Positions 51,494-61,249 of a DNA stretch of 64,000 nucleotides are shown in pieces. The notes below the pieces were generated by a model. It ran no database searches, was not told the origin of the DNA, and saw only the letters and a list, made by a program, of their open reading frames with translations. Numbering within the stretch: position 1 is the stretch's first letter; every line of letters begins with the position of its first letter. Source of the stretch: an uncultured Gammaproteobacteria bacterium (GTDB taxonomy: Bacteria; Pseudomonadota; Gammaproteobacteria; QNFE01; CAZPSE01); the NCBI GenBank assembly GCA_964589575.1, contig CAZPSE010000002.1, forward strand, positions 19,658 to 83,657. Reading direction: 5' to 3'. The position numbers and the translations under genes were made by a program.

Positions 51494-51517
51494 GTTTAAA
51501 CTTTATGCTTACATAAT

Positions 51518-51688
51518 TCTGATTAACTAACGTGTCATCTGGCAGCGCCAAGTAGGGCAATCTTTCAAGCACGCATCTACTTCGTTAAGTTCCTTATCAA
51601 TGGAATAACCATTAACTGCGAAACTTGCCTTGCATATACATGCTTGAAAAATTACAGATGATGCGCTAGTTAATCAGGGTTTCCTTAA
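51518..51688. mobile_element. MITE-like repeat, copy 6 (divergent internal sequence). The right TIR CTAGTTAATCAGGGTTTCCTTAA encodes the last 7 codons plus the stop of the MBL gene.
   Basis: Terminal repeats match the family consensus. The internal sequence is unrelated to copies 1-5. Confidence 0.6.
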
Positions 51689-52370
51689 CCAAACCACATT
51701 GCATATTTCCGGGTACCGCGATATTTATGCGTTTAGGCAAATCAAGGTTTAAACCGTCCATAATGGCAACAAAAGCCGCTTCGGTTTGGTTATTACCTAG
51801 ACGTGAATTAAAAGTTTTTTCATGCCCAATAGTGGATGCGGTAAAACCAGAATAATCGTGCCCAGGGTAAACAGTCGTTTTCTCATCGAGAGTAAATAAT
51901 TTTTTAGTAATTGAGTCGTATAGGTGTTTTGCATTACCCGCTTGAAAATCGGTACGTCCACAACCGTCAATCAGTAAGGCATCACCTGTAAAAACAGCAC
52001 CATCTATATGAAAACTGACACAGGTATCTGTATGCCCTGGCGTGTAAATAACATGTATTGTCTGCCCCCCTAACGACAACGTATCGCCATCGCTTAACAA
52101 TTTATCCGCACATTGTAGGCCGCTGCTTTCATGCACCATTACGTCGCTGCCAAATTCTTTTCTTAGCAGACCAGAAGCGGTAATGTGGTCGGCATGTACG
52201 TGCGTCTCTAGCGTGTATTTTAGTTTTAAGCCGAGCTGTTTTATAAACTTAACATCGCGGTCAAATTCCTCTAAAACCGAATCTATAAGTGCCGCTTCTT
52301 TTGTTTTTTGATCCCAAAGTAAATAAGTATAGGTCGCGGTTACAGAGTCAAATAATTGTTCAATTTTCAT
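51666..52370 (-). CDS. MBL-fold metallo-hydrolase, likely persulfide dioxygenase (ETHE1-like)
   Basis: HVHADH motif. Lies immediately downstream of a rhodanese gene. The internal Met start at 52370 is preferred over the ORF-track start at 52409. Confidence 0.7.
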   Translation of the reverse strand: MKIEQLFDSVTATYTYLLWDQKTKEAALIDSVLEEFDRDVKFIKQLGLKLKYTLETHVHADHITASGLLRKEFGSDVMVHESSGLQCADKLLSDGDTLSLGGQTIHVIYTPGHTDTCVSFHIDGAVFTGDALLIDGCGRTDFQAGNAKHLYDSITKKLFTLDEKTTVYPGHDYSGFTASTIGHEKTFNSRLGNNQTEAAFVAIMDGLNLDLPKRINIAVPGNMQCGLVKETLIN

Positions 52371-52389
52371 AGTATTTTTTCTCGTTACA

Positions 52390-52710
52390 TTAATTGTTTT
52401 CAGGTGCATTTTGCATTAATTGATTGCAATGGCGATAGTGTTCGACTCCACCAATATTAATGACATTTTGAAAACCAAGCTCTATTAACATCGTTACCGC
52501 TTGGTCAGCTCGCCCACCTATATGACAATAAACTAACACAGGGTTGAGTAGGTTCAGCTTTTTTTTTGCGATTTCTTGTATTTGATCAAGAGGAATATTA
52601 AGTGCGTTAGGTAAACCGCCCTGTTTAAATTCATCTTGGGTTCGTACATCTAAAAGTGTCGCATTGGGCGGGATATTGGTTCGAATATCATCACAAGTTA
52701 AATTTTGCAT
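52390..52710 (-). CDS. Single-domain rhodanese sulfurtransferase
   Basis: Active-site loop CHIGGRA. Confidence 0.8.
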   Translation of the reverse strand: MQNLTCDDIRTNIPPNATLLDVRTQDEFKQGGLPNALNIPLDQIQEIAKKKLNLLNPVLVYCHIGGRADQAVTMLIELGFQNVINIGGVEHYRHCNQLMQNAPENN

Positions 52711-52841
52711 AATTAATAGTTCCTCGGTATTTGTTTACATAAAAATGTGGCTTAAATTCAAACTTTCAAGCTGTTTTAAACTAAAGACGGGATTCAACTT
52801 GTGAACAAATATTTTCTAAACAAGGCTAGATGGCGCCTCTA

Positions 52842-53023
52842 TTAAGGAAGGCCTGATTAACTGGAGTATTTGTTTTATAGAGGCATTAAAAACAATAATT
52901 AATACTTTTTTAAACAATATAACGTTAGTTACAGCCACCCTTTAGGTGACAAGTGCCTTATACAGGTCGCAAATTGTTTACAAAAATTAAAACTACGCGA
53001 CACCGATTTTGTTAAGGAAGACC
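52842..53023. mobile_element. MITE fragments: an intact left TIR TTAAGGAAGGCCTGATTAACTGG at 52842-52864, then about 150 bp of unrelated sequence, then a second left-TIR half (TTAAGGAAGACC) at 53012-53023
   Basis: Seen in sequence; no matching right TIR. Confidence 0.45.
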
Positions 53024-53025
53024 AC

Positions 53026-53238
53026 TAAAAAGCATGCTGTCAACGTTGCTAATACTATTAGTAACAGCAAAAACGCATTAAAAATTCATCTATTGCCAAC
53101 AACGTAACCATTAGTTGTGGTTTATTTTGGAAGGCAGCCAACCACAAAGTTGATAAAGACGTTTTAATAGAAAATGCTGACAAAGCGTTATACCAAGCAA
53201 AGTACAACGGCAGAAACCAAATAGTTATTTTTGACTAA
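53026..53238 (+). pseudogene. 3' relic of a GGDEF diguanylate cyclase gene. It encodes ...VTISCGLFWKAANHKVDKDVLIENADKALYQAKYNGRNQIVIFD*, and the upstream domain is missing.
   Basis: Manual translation. The C-terminal TISxG ... ADKALYQAK-NGRNQ pattern of GGDEF domains is present. Coordinates span the open frame from the preceding TAA stop; the recognisable GGDEF tail occupies about 53095-53238. Confidence 0.5.
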
Positions 53239-53281
53239 AACCCTATAAAATACGCCTATTCAATTCAATTTAGGCCACTTT

Positions 53282-54664
53282 GTGAACTCTTCAACATTCG
53301 ATATTTTTGAGTTAAACCCAAGCTTGTTAAATAATTTAAGCAGCCTAGGTTACACCCAACCTACGCCCATACAAACGCAAAGCTTGCCATTAATTTTAAA
53401 AAATCACGACGTTATTGCTCAGGGTAAAACAGGCTCTGGCAAAACCGCAGCTTTTGGTTTGGGTTTATTAAACAAATTAAATAGCAAACAATTTAAAGTA
53501 CAGGCCTTAGTAATGTGCCCAACAAGGGAGTTGGCCGACCAAGTAGCTAAAGAAATACGCCGTTTAGCACGCGCCATAGCCAATATTAAAATATTAACCT
53601 TAACGGGTGGTGTGGCTTTTGGCCCACAAGTAGGCTCTTTAGAACACGGTGTACACATTGTGGTAGGCACACCTGGGCGCATTGGTGACCACCTTAACCG
53701 TGGCACACTTAAATTACAAAATGTAAACACCTTAGTTTTAGACGAAGCCGACCGCATGTTAGAAATGGGCTTTCAAGAACAAATTGAAGCCGTTATAAAT
53801 GAAATACCCAGCGAACGGCAAACACTGTTTTTTAGTGCGACATTCCCTCACAAAATAGAGGCCATATCGTCGCGCATTATGCGCAAACCTAAAATAGTTA
53901 AAGTCACCAGCCAACATAACGACGATACCATCGCACAGCACTTTTATAACGTAGAAGACAAAGCACAAAAATTAACCGCCATACGTTTATTGCTGGGTCA
54001 TTTTAAAAGTGAATCGACCGTTGTTTTTTGCAATATGAAAATAGAAACTACAGAAGTTGCCAATGCATTAAAACAAGTCGGTTTTACCGCTGCTGCATTA
54101 AATGGCGACTTAGAGCAAAAAGACCGCGACCAAACCTTAGTAAAGTTTGCCAATAAAACCGTCAATATTTTAGTAGCAACAGACGTAGCTGCCCGTGGTT
54201 TAGACATTGAAAAACTCGACATGGTAATAAACTACCAACTAACGCAAGACACCGAACAACACGTACACCGTATAGGGCGAACAGGGCGAGCAGGCAGTAA
54301 AGGCATAGCTTGTACTTTTTTAAGCAACAAAGATGAGTTTAGAATAAAAATGCTAGAGGACTATTGCAAAATAAAAGTACAAGCAGAAGCCTTACCCCCT
54401 AAAAGCGCAATAGAAAACGCCACAGTAAAAGCCAGCATGGCAACCTTACAAATAACCGGAGGTAAAAAACAAAAAATAAGACCAGGTGATATATTGGGCG
54501 CACTAACAGGTAAAAATGGCATAGAGGGTTCACAAGTAGGCAAAATTAATATTTTTGATAACCATGCTTATGTAGCGGTAAGCCGAGACGTAGTAGCTTT
54601 TGCCTTAAAAAAATTAAGCCAAGGCAAACTAAAAGGTAAAAATTTTAGAGTGAGGAAAATATAA
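53282..54664 (+). CDS. dbpA: ATP-dependent RNA helicase DbpA (DEAD-box with a C-terminal DbpA RNA-binding domain)
   Basis: GKTGSGKT, DEAD, SAT and HRIGRTGRAG motifs. C-terminal ~75 aa resemble the DbpA RBD. GTG start. Confidence 0.85.
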   Translation: MNSSTFDIFELNPSLLNNLSSLGYTQPTPIQTQSLPLILKNHDVIAQGKTGSGKTAAFGLGLLNKLNSKQFKVQALVMCPTRELADQVAKEIRRLARAIANIKILTLTGGVAFGPQVGSLEHGVHIVVGTPGRIGDHLNRGTLKLQNVNTLVLDEADRMLEMGFQEQIEAVINEIPSERQTLFFSATFPHKIEAISSRIMRKPKIVKVTSQHNDDTIAQHFYNVEDKAQKLTAIRLLLGHFKSESTVVFCNMKIETTEVANALKQVGFTAAALNGDLEQKDRDQTLVKFANKTVNILVATDVAARGLDIEKLDMVINYQLTQDTEQHVHRIGRTGRAGSKGIACTFLSNKDEFRIKMLEDYCKIKVQAEALPPKSAIENATVKASMATLQITGGKKQKIRPGDILGALTGKNGIEGSQVGKINIFDNHAYVAVSRDVVAFALKKLSQGKLKGKNFRVRKI

Positions 54665-54801
54665 TTACAAGACCCACAACCTTACTGCTTGCAGTTTTAG
54701 GTTGGGTAAGGGTTATTGTTTTACCTGTAGCAGGTGTATTAGGTGCAAAATAACACACATAAGGCTAATATCAATAACAACTTATTTTAGGTTTACAGTT
54801 T

Positions 54802-55179
54802 ATGAACAGCACAGCCATATCACATACAGTAGCAGAAGCAATCGAGCAGATAAAAGCATCATTAAACAATAAAGGCTTTATATTATTTAGTGACATAAAC
54901 CACCAAGCGAATGCAAAAAAAGTGGGGTTAGATATGGAAGAGTCGCGTGTTTTACTTTTTGGCAAGCCAGAAGTTGGCACCAAATTATTACAAACAGATA
55001 TTTTTTGTAGTTTAGATTTACCCATGCGCTTAGCGGTAGTAAGCAAAAATGGTAGCAGCTATATGGTTCACCAAACGTCTGACGATTTTAGTGCTAATTA
55101 CCAATTAAAAGACCACCCCGTTTTAGAAAAAATGGATGCTTTATATGCAACATTAATAAAAGAATTAATAGGAGACTAA
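54802..55179 (+). CDS. DUF302-family protein
   Basis: 125 aa; the family assignment is from remembered sequence. Confidence 0.6.
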   Translation: MNSTAISHTVAEAIEQIKASLNNKGFILFSDINHQANAKKVGLDMEESRVLLFGKPEVGTKLLQTDIFCSLDLPMRLAVVSKNGSSYMVHQTSDDFSANYQLKDHPVLEKMDALYATLIKELIGD

Positions 55180-55183
55180 AGTA

Positions 55184-55681
55184 ATGGCAACAGAGCGAGC
55201 AGTATTAGCAGGGGGTTGTTTTTGGGGCATGCAAGACTTAATACGTAAACTAAAAGGCGTACAAACCACCAAGTGCGGTTACACAGGCGGAGACGTAGCC
55301 AATGCAACTTACAAAAACCATGGTACACATGCAGAAGCACTAGAAATTGTTTTTGATAACAAGCTGATAAGTTATCGCGAAATATTAAGTTGGTTTTTCC
55401 AAATCCATGACCCATCAACCTTAGACAGGCAAGGCAATGACCAAGGCAGTGCCTACCGATCTGAAATTTTTTACACCACCGATGAGCAAAAAACAAATGC
55501 ATTAAAAACAATAGATGATGTAAATGCATGTGGGTTATGGCCAGGCGCAGTAGTTACCAAAGTAAGCCCAATTAGTGATTTTTGGGATGCCGAGCCGGAA
55601 CATCAAGATTATTTAGAACGCTTTCCTAACGGTTATACTTGTCATTACCCGCGTGCAGGTTGGGTATTGCCAGAGTCTTGA
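55184..55681 (+). CDS. msrA: Peptide-methionine (S)-S-oxide reductase
   Basis: [10 protein letters not shown] active-site motif. Confidence 0.9.
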   Translation: MATERAVLAGGCFWGMQDLIRKLKGVQTTKCGYTGGDVANATYKNHGTHAEALEIVFDNKLISYREILSWFFQIHDPSTLDRQGNDQGSAYRSEIFYTTDEQKTNALKTIDDVNACGLWPGAVVTKVSPISDFWDAEPEHQDYLERFPNGYTCHYPRAGWVLPES

Positions 55682-55741
55682 TTGCGGTTGGTAAAGGTAC
55701 TGGCCTTTTGGTGTGCAGAAGCGGTATTTTTACCTTTAAAT

Positions 55742-56290
55742 TTAAATGCGTGCTACAAAATTAGGCAAAAAGAATTCTGCAACCAGTAGGGGTTTATTTT
55801 CTAAATAAAAAACAGAACGCCTGCCCCATACCTCACTATCGTCAGGCATTAGCACACAAGTAATTTCAATAGGGTCACGAACCATATCCGGTTGAGAAAA
55901 CAAATAAGCACCCAGCGGTTTGTTGTTAAGCTGAGTTAATTCTTTTTGTTTGCCTGTTAGCGTAGAAAGCGGGATAACCGTTCGGGCAAAAACAGACTCG
56001 GCTTTATTGCAAAGTAATAACACTTCTCTTACGTTTGCGATACTGCTATCGGCCACGTTTAAAGCATCGGCTTCATTTTTGTAAATTCGATCTTCATTTT
56101 GTTTTAGCAAATTGACACTAAACTGATTATTACTAAAGGCAATTAAACGTTTAGTCAAAGACCCTTCGTCAACCAACCAGTTTAAAAGCTCGCTTTTCGG
56201 CTCAAACTGTCGACCCCTTGCTACAAATTTTGCCGTAATGGGCAACCACTGCGTTTGCGGTAAATGTTTTTTTAAAACGTCAATATTCAT
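55742..56290 (-). CDS. ubiC: Chorismate pyruvate-lyase
   Basis: Blocks DEGSLTKRL, REVLLC, VFARTVIP, GAYLF, WGRRS and KPLLVAEFFLP match UbiC. The ORF track extends to 56323, but the internal Met start at 56290 is preferred. Confidence 0.7.
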   Translation of the reverse strand: MNIDVLKKHLPQTQWLPITAKFVARGRQFEPKSELLNWLVDEGSLTKRLIAFSNNQFSVNLLKQNEDRIYKNEADALNVADSSIANVREVLLLCNKAESVFARTVIPLSTLTGKQKELTQLNNKPLGAYLFSQPDMVRDPIEITCVLMPDDSEVWGRRSVFYLENKPLLVAEFFLPNFVARI

Positions 56291-56358
56291 TAAATTTAAC
56301 AAGGTGCTGGTTAATGCGCCCATTTTACGATATTTATTCGATTATAAACAAAACATTA

Positions 56359-56386
56359 CTTGAAATTTATTAATGCCTCCCAATAT
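56359..56386 (+). promoter_or_regulatory. Candidate sigma-32 heat-shock promoter for groESL: CTTGAAA, a 13-nt spacer, then CCCAATAT
   Basis: Matched against the sigma-32 consensus CTTGAAA-N13-15-CCCCATNT, about 75 nt upstream of the groES ATG. Confidence 0.5.
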
Positions 56387-56460
56387 TAGTTTTACAAAAT
56401 ACGGGCTACCTTGTTATTAATGTCGCCTAAATTATTAATAATATTTGGAGAATTTGTCAA

Positions 56461-56748
56461 ATGAGCATTCGCCCATTACACGATCGTGTTGTTGTAAAAC
56501 GTACGGAAGAAGAAAAAACCAGCGCAGGCGGAATTATTATTCCTGATAGCGCTACAGAAAAACCGTCTACTGGTAAAATTATTGCCGTAGGAAATGGAAA
56601 ATTAAACGACAAAGGTGATGCAATGCCTTTAGACGTTAAAGTTGGCGACACCGTTTTATTTGGTAAGTTTTCTGGCTCTGAAATTGTAGTAGACGGCGAA
56701 GATTTATTGGTGATGCGTGAAGACGACATCATGGCGATAATGGGCTAA
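56461..56748 (+). CDS. groES: Co-chaperonin GroES
   Basis: 95 aa; canonical sequence ([14 protein letters not shown]...). Confidence 0.95.
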   Translation: MSIRPLHDRVVVKRTEEEKTSAGGIIIPDSATEKPSTGKIIAVGNGKLNDKGDAMPLDVKVGDTVLFGKFSGSEIVVDGEDLLVMREDDIMAIMG

Positions 56749-56816
56749 TTGTTTTTCGTTCTATTTCGATTTATCGAAATAGAACGCTATCGAAACAACA
56801 GTCTAAGAACTATTAA

Positions 56817-58481
<1,665 letters not shown>

Positions 58482-58523
58482 ATAAAATTACATTGTTTCA
58501 CTAACGCTCATAGCGTTTCAAAA

Positions 58524-58556
58524 GCCCCATAACTTGTTGAGTTATGGGGCTTTTTT
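58524..58556 (+). terminator. Rho-independent terminator GCCCCATAACT-tgttg-AGTTATGGGGC-TTTTTT after groEL
   Basis: Seen in sequence. Confidence 0.8.
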
Positions 58557-58762
58557 GTGTCTACCCCTATTCAATTCGTTTCACCATGTTTCACTGAGTT
58601 TCAAGTTATTTAGGGTGTAAAGTGGGGTACAATTTCATTTTATCCTCGTTTTTCTGATATTATTGATTGGTACCCCATTTCACACCACAATCAAGGAAAG
58701 AAAATGAGCCTCACATAGGGGGTATAGAGGGTGTAAAACTTACAGACAGTGAAATTGAAGCA

Positions 58763-59245
58763 TTACTTGGTGAGGTGGGTAAACAATCTTTTGCTAATAG
58801 AGATGAGCAAGATGCGGAAGCTTCGGCTGTATATGTCCATTACCAGGTATAGGTAGTAAAACAAACCCAATACCGGTGTGGGTAAATAGGTAATGTCCCA
58901 GCTGTATAGCTCATTGGCTGTCGTTGCCGTTAATGCACGCGGTTTTTTAATTTTCCGAGTAGGTTTTGATTTTAATCGATGTTGCAGCTGCTTTTCTTGT
59001 TTCAATATACGGTAGAACGTTGATTCAGAAGCAAGATACCTTCCTTCATCGGCAAGCTTGGGCACTATTTTAGACGGCGGTAGGTTGGCATAATCAGTGT
59101 CATTAGCCACCGTGATAATACGCTGGCGCTCAAGCTCACTTAGCTTGTTTTTGGGGAGGTGCTTAGCATCCAAACGTCCATCTTGTTTATTGTCAGCTTT
59201 AGCCCAACGTTGAACCGTTTTAGGGCTTATGCCGATGGCCTCCAT
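58763..59245 (-). pseudogene. Truncated transposase fragment (HTH + pre-DDE region, ...YSWDITYLPT...MDIYSRS). It ends just as the integrase core begins.
   Basis: Manual reading of the ORF. No DDE core is present downstream. Confidence 0.6.
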
Positions 59246-59315
59246 GCCAATTTCTGCCTAGCGCCAGAGGCTCTAGCCTGATCAATTAAGGTCATAGTTT
59301 TAGACCGTTCAGTAA

Positions 59316-59879
59316 TCATTGTGTATTGCCCTCGCCGTTGCCCCAGATCTGGTTGACTTTTTTTTGAAGGACTAACAGCGCAGCGGTTTCAGCTAATGCT
59401 CTGTCTTTACGATTTAACTCTTTTTGTAAGGCTTTGTTTTCTTGGCGTAATGTCTTAATGTTGCTGCGTATTGTTGCGGTTGTACCATTCAGTTGTCCCT
59501 CTAAAAAATCTTGTTTCCATTGTTGGATGTGGTGCGCAAAGATACCCTTAATACGACACCGTTCACTGACTTGTTCATCACTAAGTGGCGCACAAGAAAT
59601 GATCATATTAAGCTTGTCTTTTGCACTCCAATCTTGAGGTCTTTTTTCTTTTATCATTTGGATTACGTTATTCGCCTGTATCGGTTCAAGTTGTTGTTTT
59701 TTACTGCATACAATCCATCTATTTAATGTTGAGTAGCCTACGCCTAAATCATTGGCTATGTCTTTTACCGTAACATTATTAAACCGACTAAGCGCTTTTT
59801 CAACCGCTTGTATTTTAAATGATGGTGTGAATTTAGAATTCATGTTTCGTTCCTCTAAGTAAATATTTAGAGGCGACAA
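59316..59879 (-). CDS. IS3-family transposase OrfA (HTH) carrying a frameshift heptamer CAAAAAAAAG near its 3' end
   Basis: HTH VKDIANDLGVGYSTLNRWI. The slippery site lies at plus-strand coordinates about 59322-59331. Confidence 0.65.
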   Translation of the reverse strand: MSPLNIYLEERNMNSKFTPSFKIQAVEKALSRFNNVTVKDIANDLGVGYSTLNRWIVCSKKQQLEPIQANNVIQMIKEKRPQDWSAKDKLNMIISCAPLSDEQVSERCRIKGIFAHHIQQWKQDFLEGQLNGTTATIRSNIKTLRQENKALQKELNRKDRALAETAALLVLQKKVNQIWGNGEGNTQ

Positions 59880-60060
59880 CTATCCTGACATAGGGGGATA
59901 TCGTGGCATTCTTGAATCGAGAACAAAGAACACTATGAATTTAACACCACAAGATATAGTTGTGTTATTAAAGCTGATTGCTATTGGTAATAGAAGTAGA
60001 CTTTTGATAGTTAACATATAAACAGGGCAAAAAAATATACCCCGCTTTATACCCAAAAAG

Positions 60061-60456
60061 TTAAATTAACTCAAAAAGCGTATGTTTTGATGCTTTTTTA
60101 TCAAACGTTAATACAGGTGAAATGCCTTTTTGGTCTACACAATGGGCTATTAATAAATCTGACAAATCATAATTATTAATTTGCGCATCTAAAATAAAAG
60201 ACTGAATTGCTTCATAGTGCTCAAATTGAAAAATAGGCATCTGTGTTAAATCACTTATTGATAATAGCAGTTCATTCCTATTAATTTTATAAATCGACCC
60301 TACCACCCAAATGACTTCTATAAGAACCAAAATTGAAATATAAAATTCTTGTTTAGTTCTTTCTGCTACTTTAAAAAGTGAATAGACTTTTTGCGCTTGA
60401 ACTTGGTCGTCACCGACCAAAAAGCGCACAACTACATTCGTATCTAGTGCTTTCAT
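60061..60456 (-). CDS. vapC: Type II toxin VapC (PIN-domain ribonuclease)
   Basis: N-terminal MKALDTNVVVRFL with conserved PIN acidic residues; 131 aa. Overlaps the antitoxin stop by 4 nt. Confidence 0.85.
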   Translation of the reverse strand: MKALDTNVVVRFLVGDDQVQAQKVYSLFKVAERTKQEFYISILVLIEVIWVVGSIYKINRNELLLSISDLTQMPIFQFEHYEAIQSFILDAQINNYDLSDLLIAHCVDQKGISPVLTFDKKASKHTLFELI

Positions 60457-60701
60457 ATAGCCTTACGTTTAAACCTGTCTTTTAAAGCAGAATTCATTTC
60501 TTCAACAGAAACAGGCTCCTGTCCCTCTTTTTTTAAACATGCAAAAACATCATCTATACTTTTGCGAACTGGACGCAAAACTGCCTCTCCACTGCTTAAT
60601 AATTTTAGTTCAATTTTATCTCCAGAATTCAAATGCAGAGAGTCCCTAATACTTTTTGGGATAGTGACTTGTCCTTTACTGGTCATGGTTGCTAAAGACA
60701 T
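60453..60701 (-). CDS. vapB: Type II antitoxin VapB (AbrB/MazE/SpoVT-type)
   Basis: TSKGQVTIPKSIRDSLHL swapped-hairpin motif; 82 aa. Confidence 0.8.
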   Translation of the reverse strand: MSLATMTSKGQVTIPKSIRDSLHLNSGDKIELKLLSSGEAVLRPVRKSIDDVFACLKKEGQEPVSVEEMNSALKDRFKRKAI

Positions 60702-61249
60702 TTATTTTCTCCAAATATTCTTACCGATAGTAAGGAGTATATATCATTTGAAAATAATCATTTTGTTTCCTTGGGATGTTATATTACTCGATAGAGATCG
60801 AGTACGTTCTAGATATTGCCAATCGTTAAGTGTAAGGAACAGTCAATAAAATGAAGGGCTTAATGAGAAGAGGTTGAGTTTTAATTGCCCTCTCCACCCC
60901 TTGTCCCTCGCCAACAAGGGGTGGGGTACTAGGTAGGGTACCATATGTTTTTAAAATAATTAATTCTATTAAAATCAATATGATAAACCGAAGTGGGCAG
61001 CATGATATAGCTTTGCTTTATTCATTTTTTGTCCTTTAGGCGACAAACAGTCTTCTTAGAAAATGATCAATTATAAGCTCACTTTCTCTTCTTAGTCTGC
61101 CACCGCCGAGGAAACAAAATTGAAATACACTTTAATTATTTAAATGTATTTCAAAAACATCTAAACAAGCCTCTAAATTTATTTAGGGGCTTTTTTTATG
61201 TTTGCAGTATTTTCATGACTTCCTTAAGTTGATATTGTAGACTGAGATA

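Larger units (their letters stand above)
58700..59960 (-). mobile_element. Decayed IS3-family (DDE/integrase-type) insertion sequence. An orfA with an A-AAA-AAA-G slippery heptamer is followed by a transposase N-terminal fragment truncated at the first catalytic Asp.
   Basis: ORFs at 59316-59879 and 58763-59245. Direct copies of a terminal ACATAGGGGG motif occur at 58709 and 59898. The frames are no longer linkable by a -1 shift. Confidence 0.65.
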
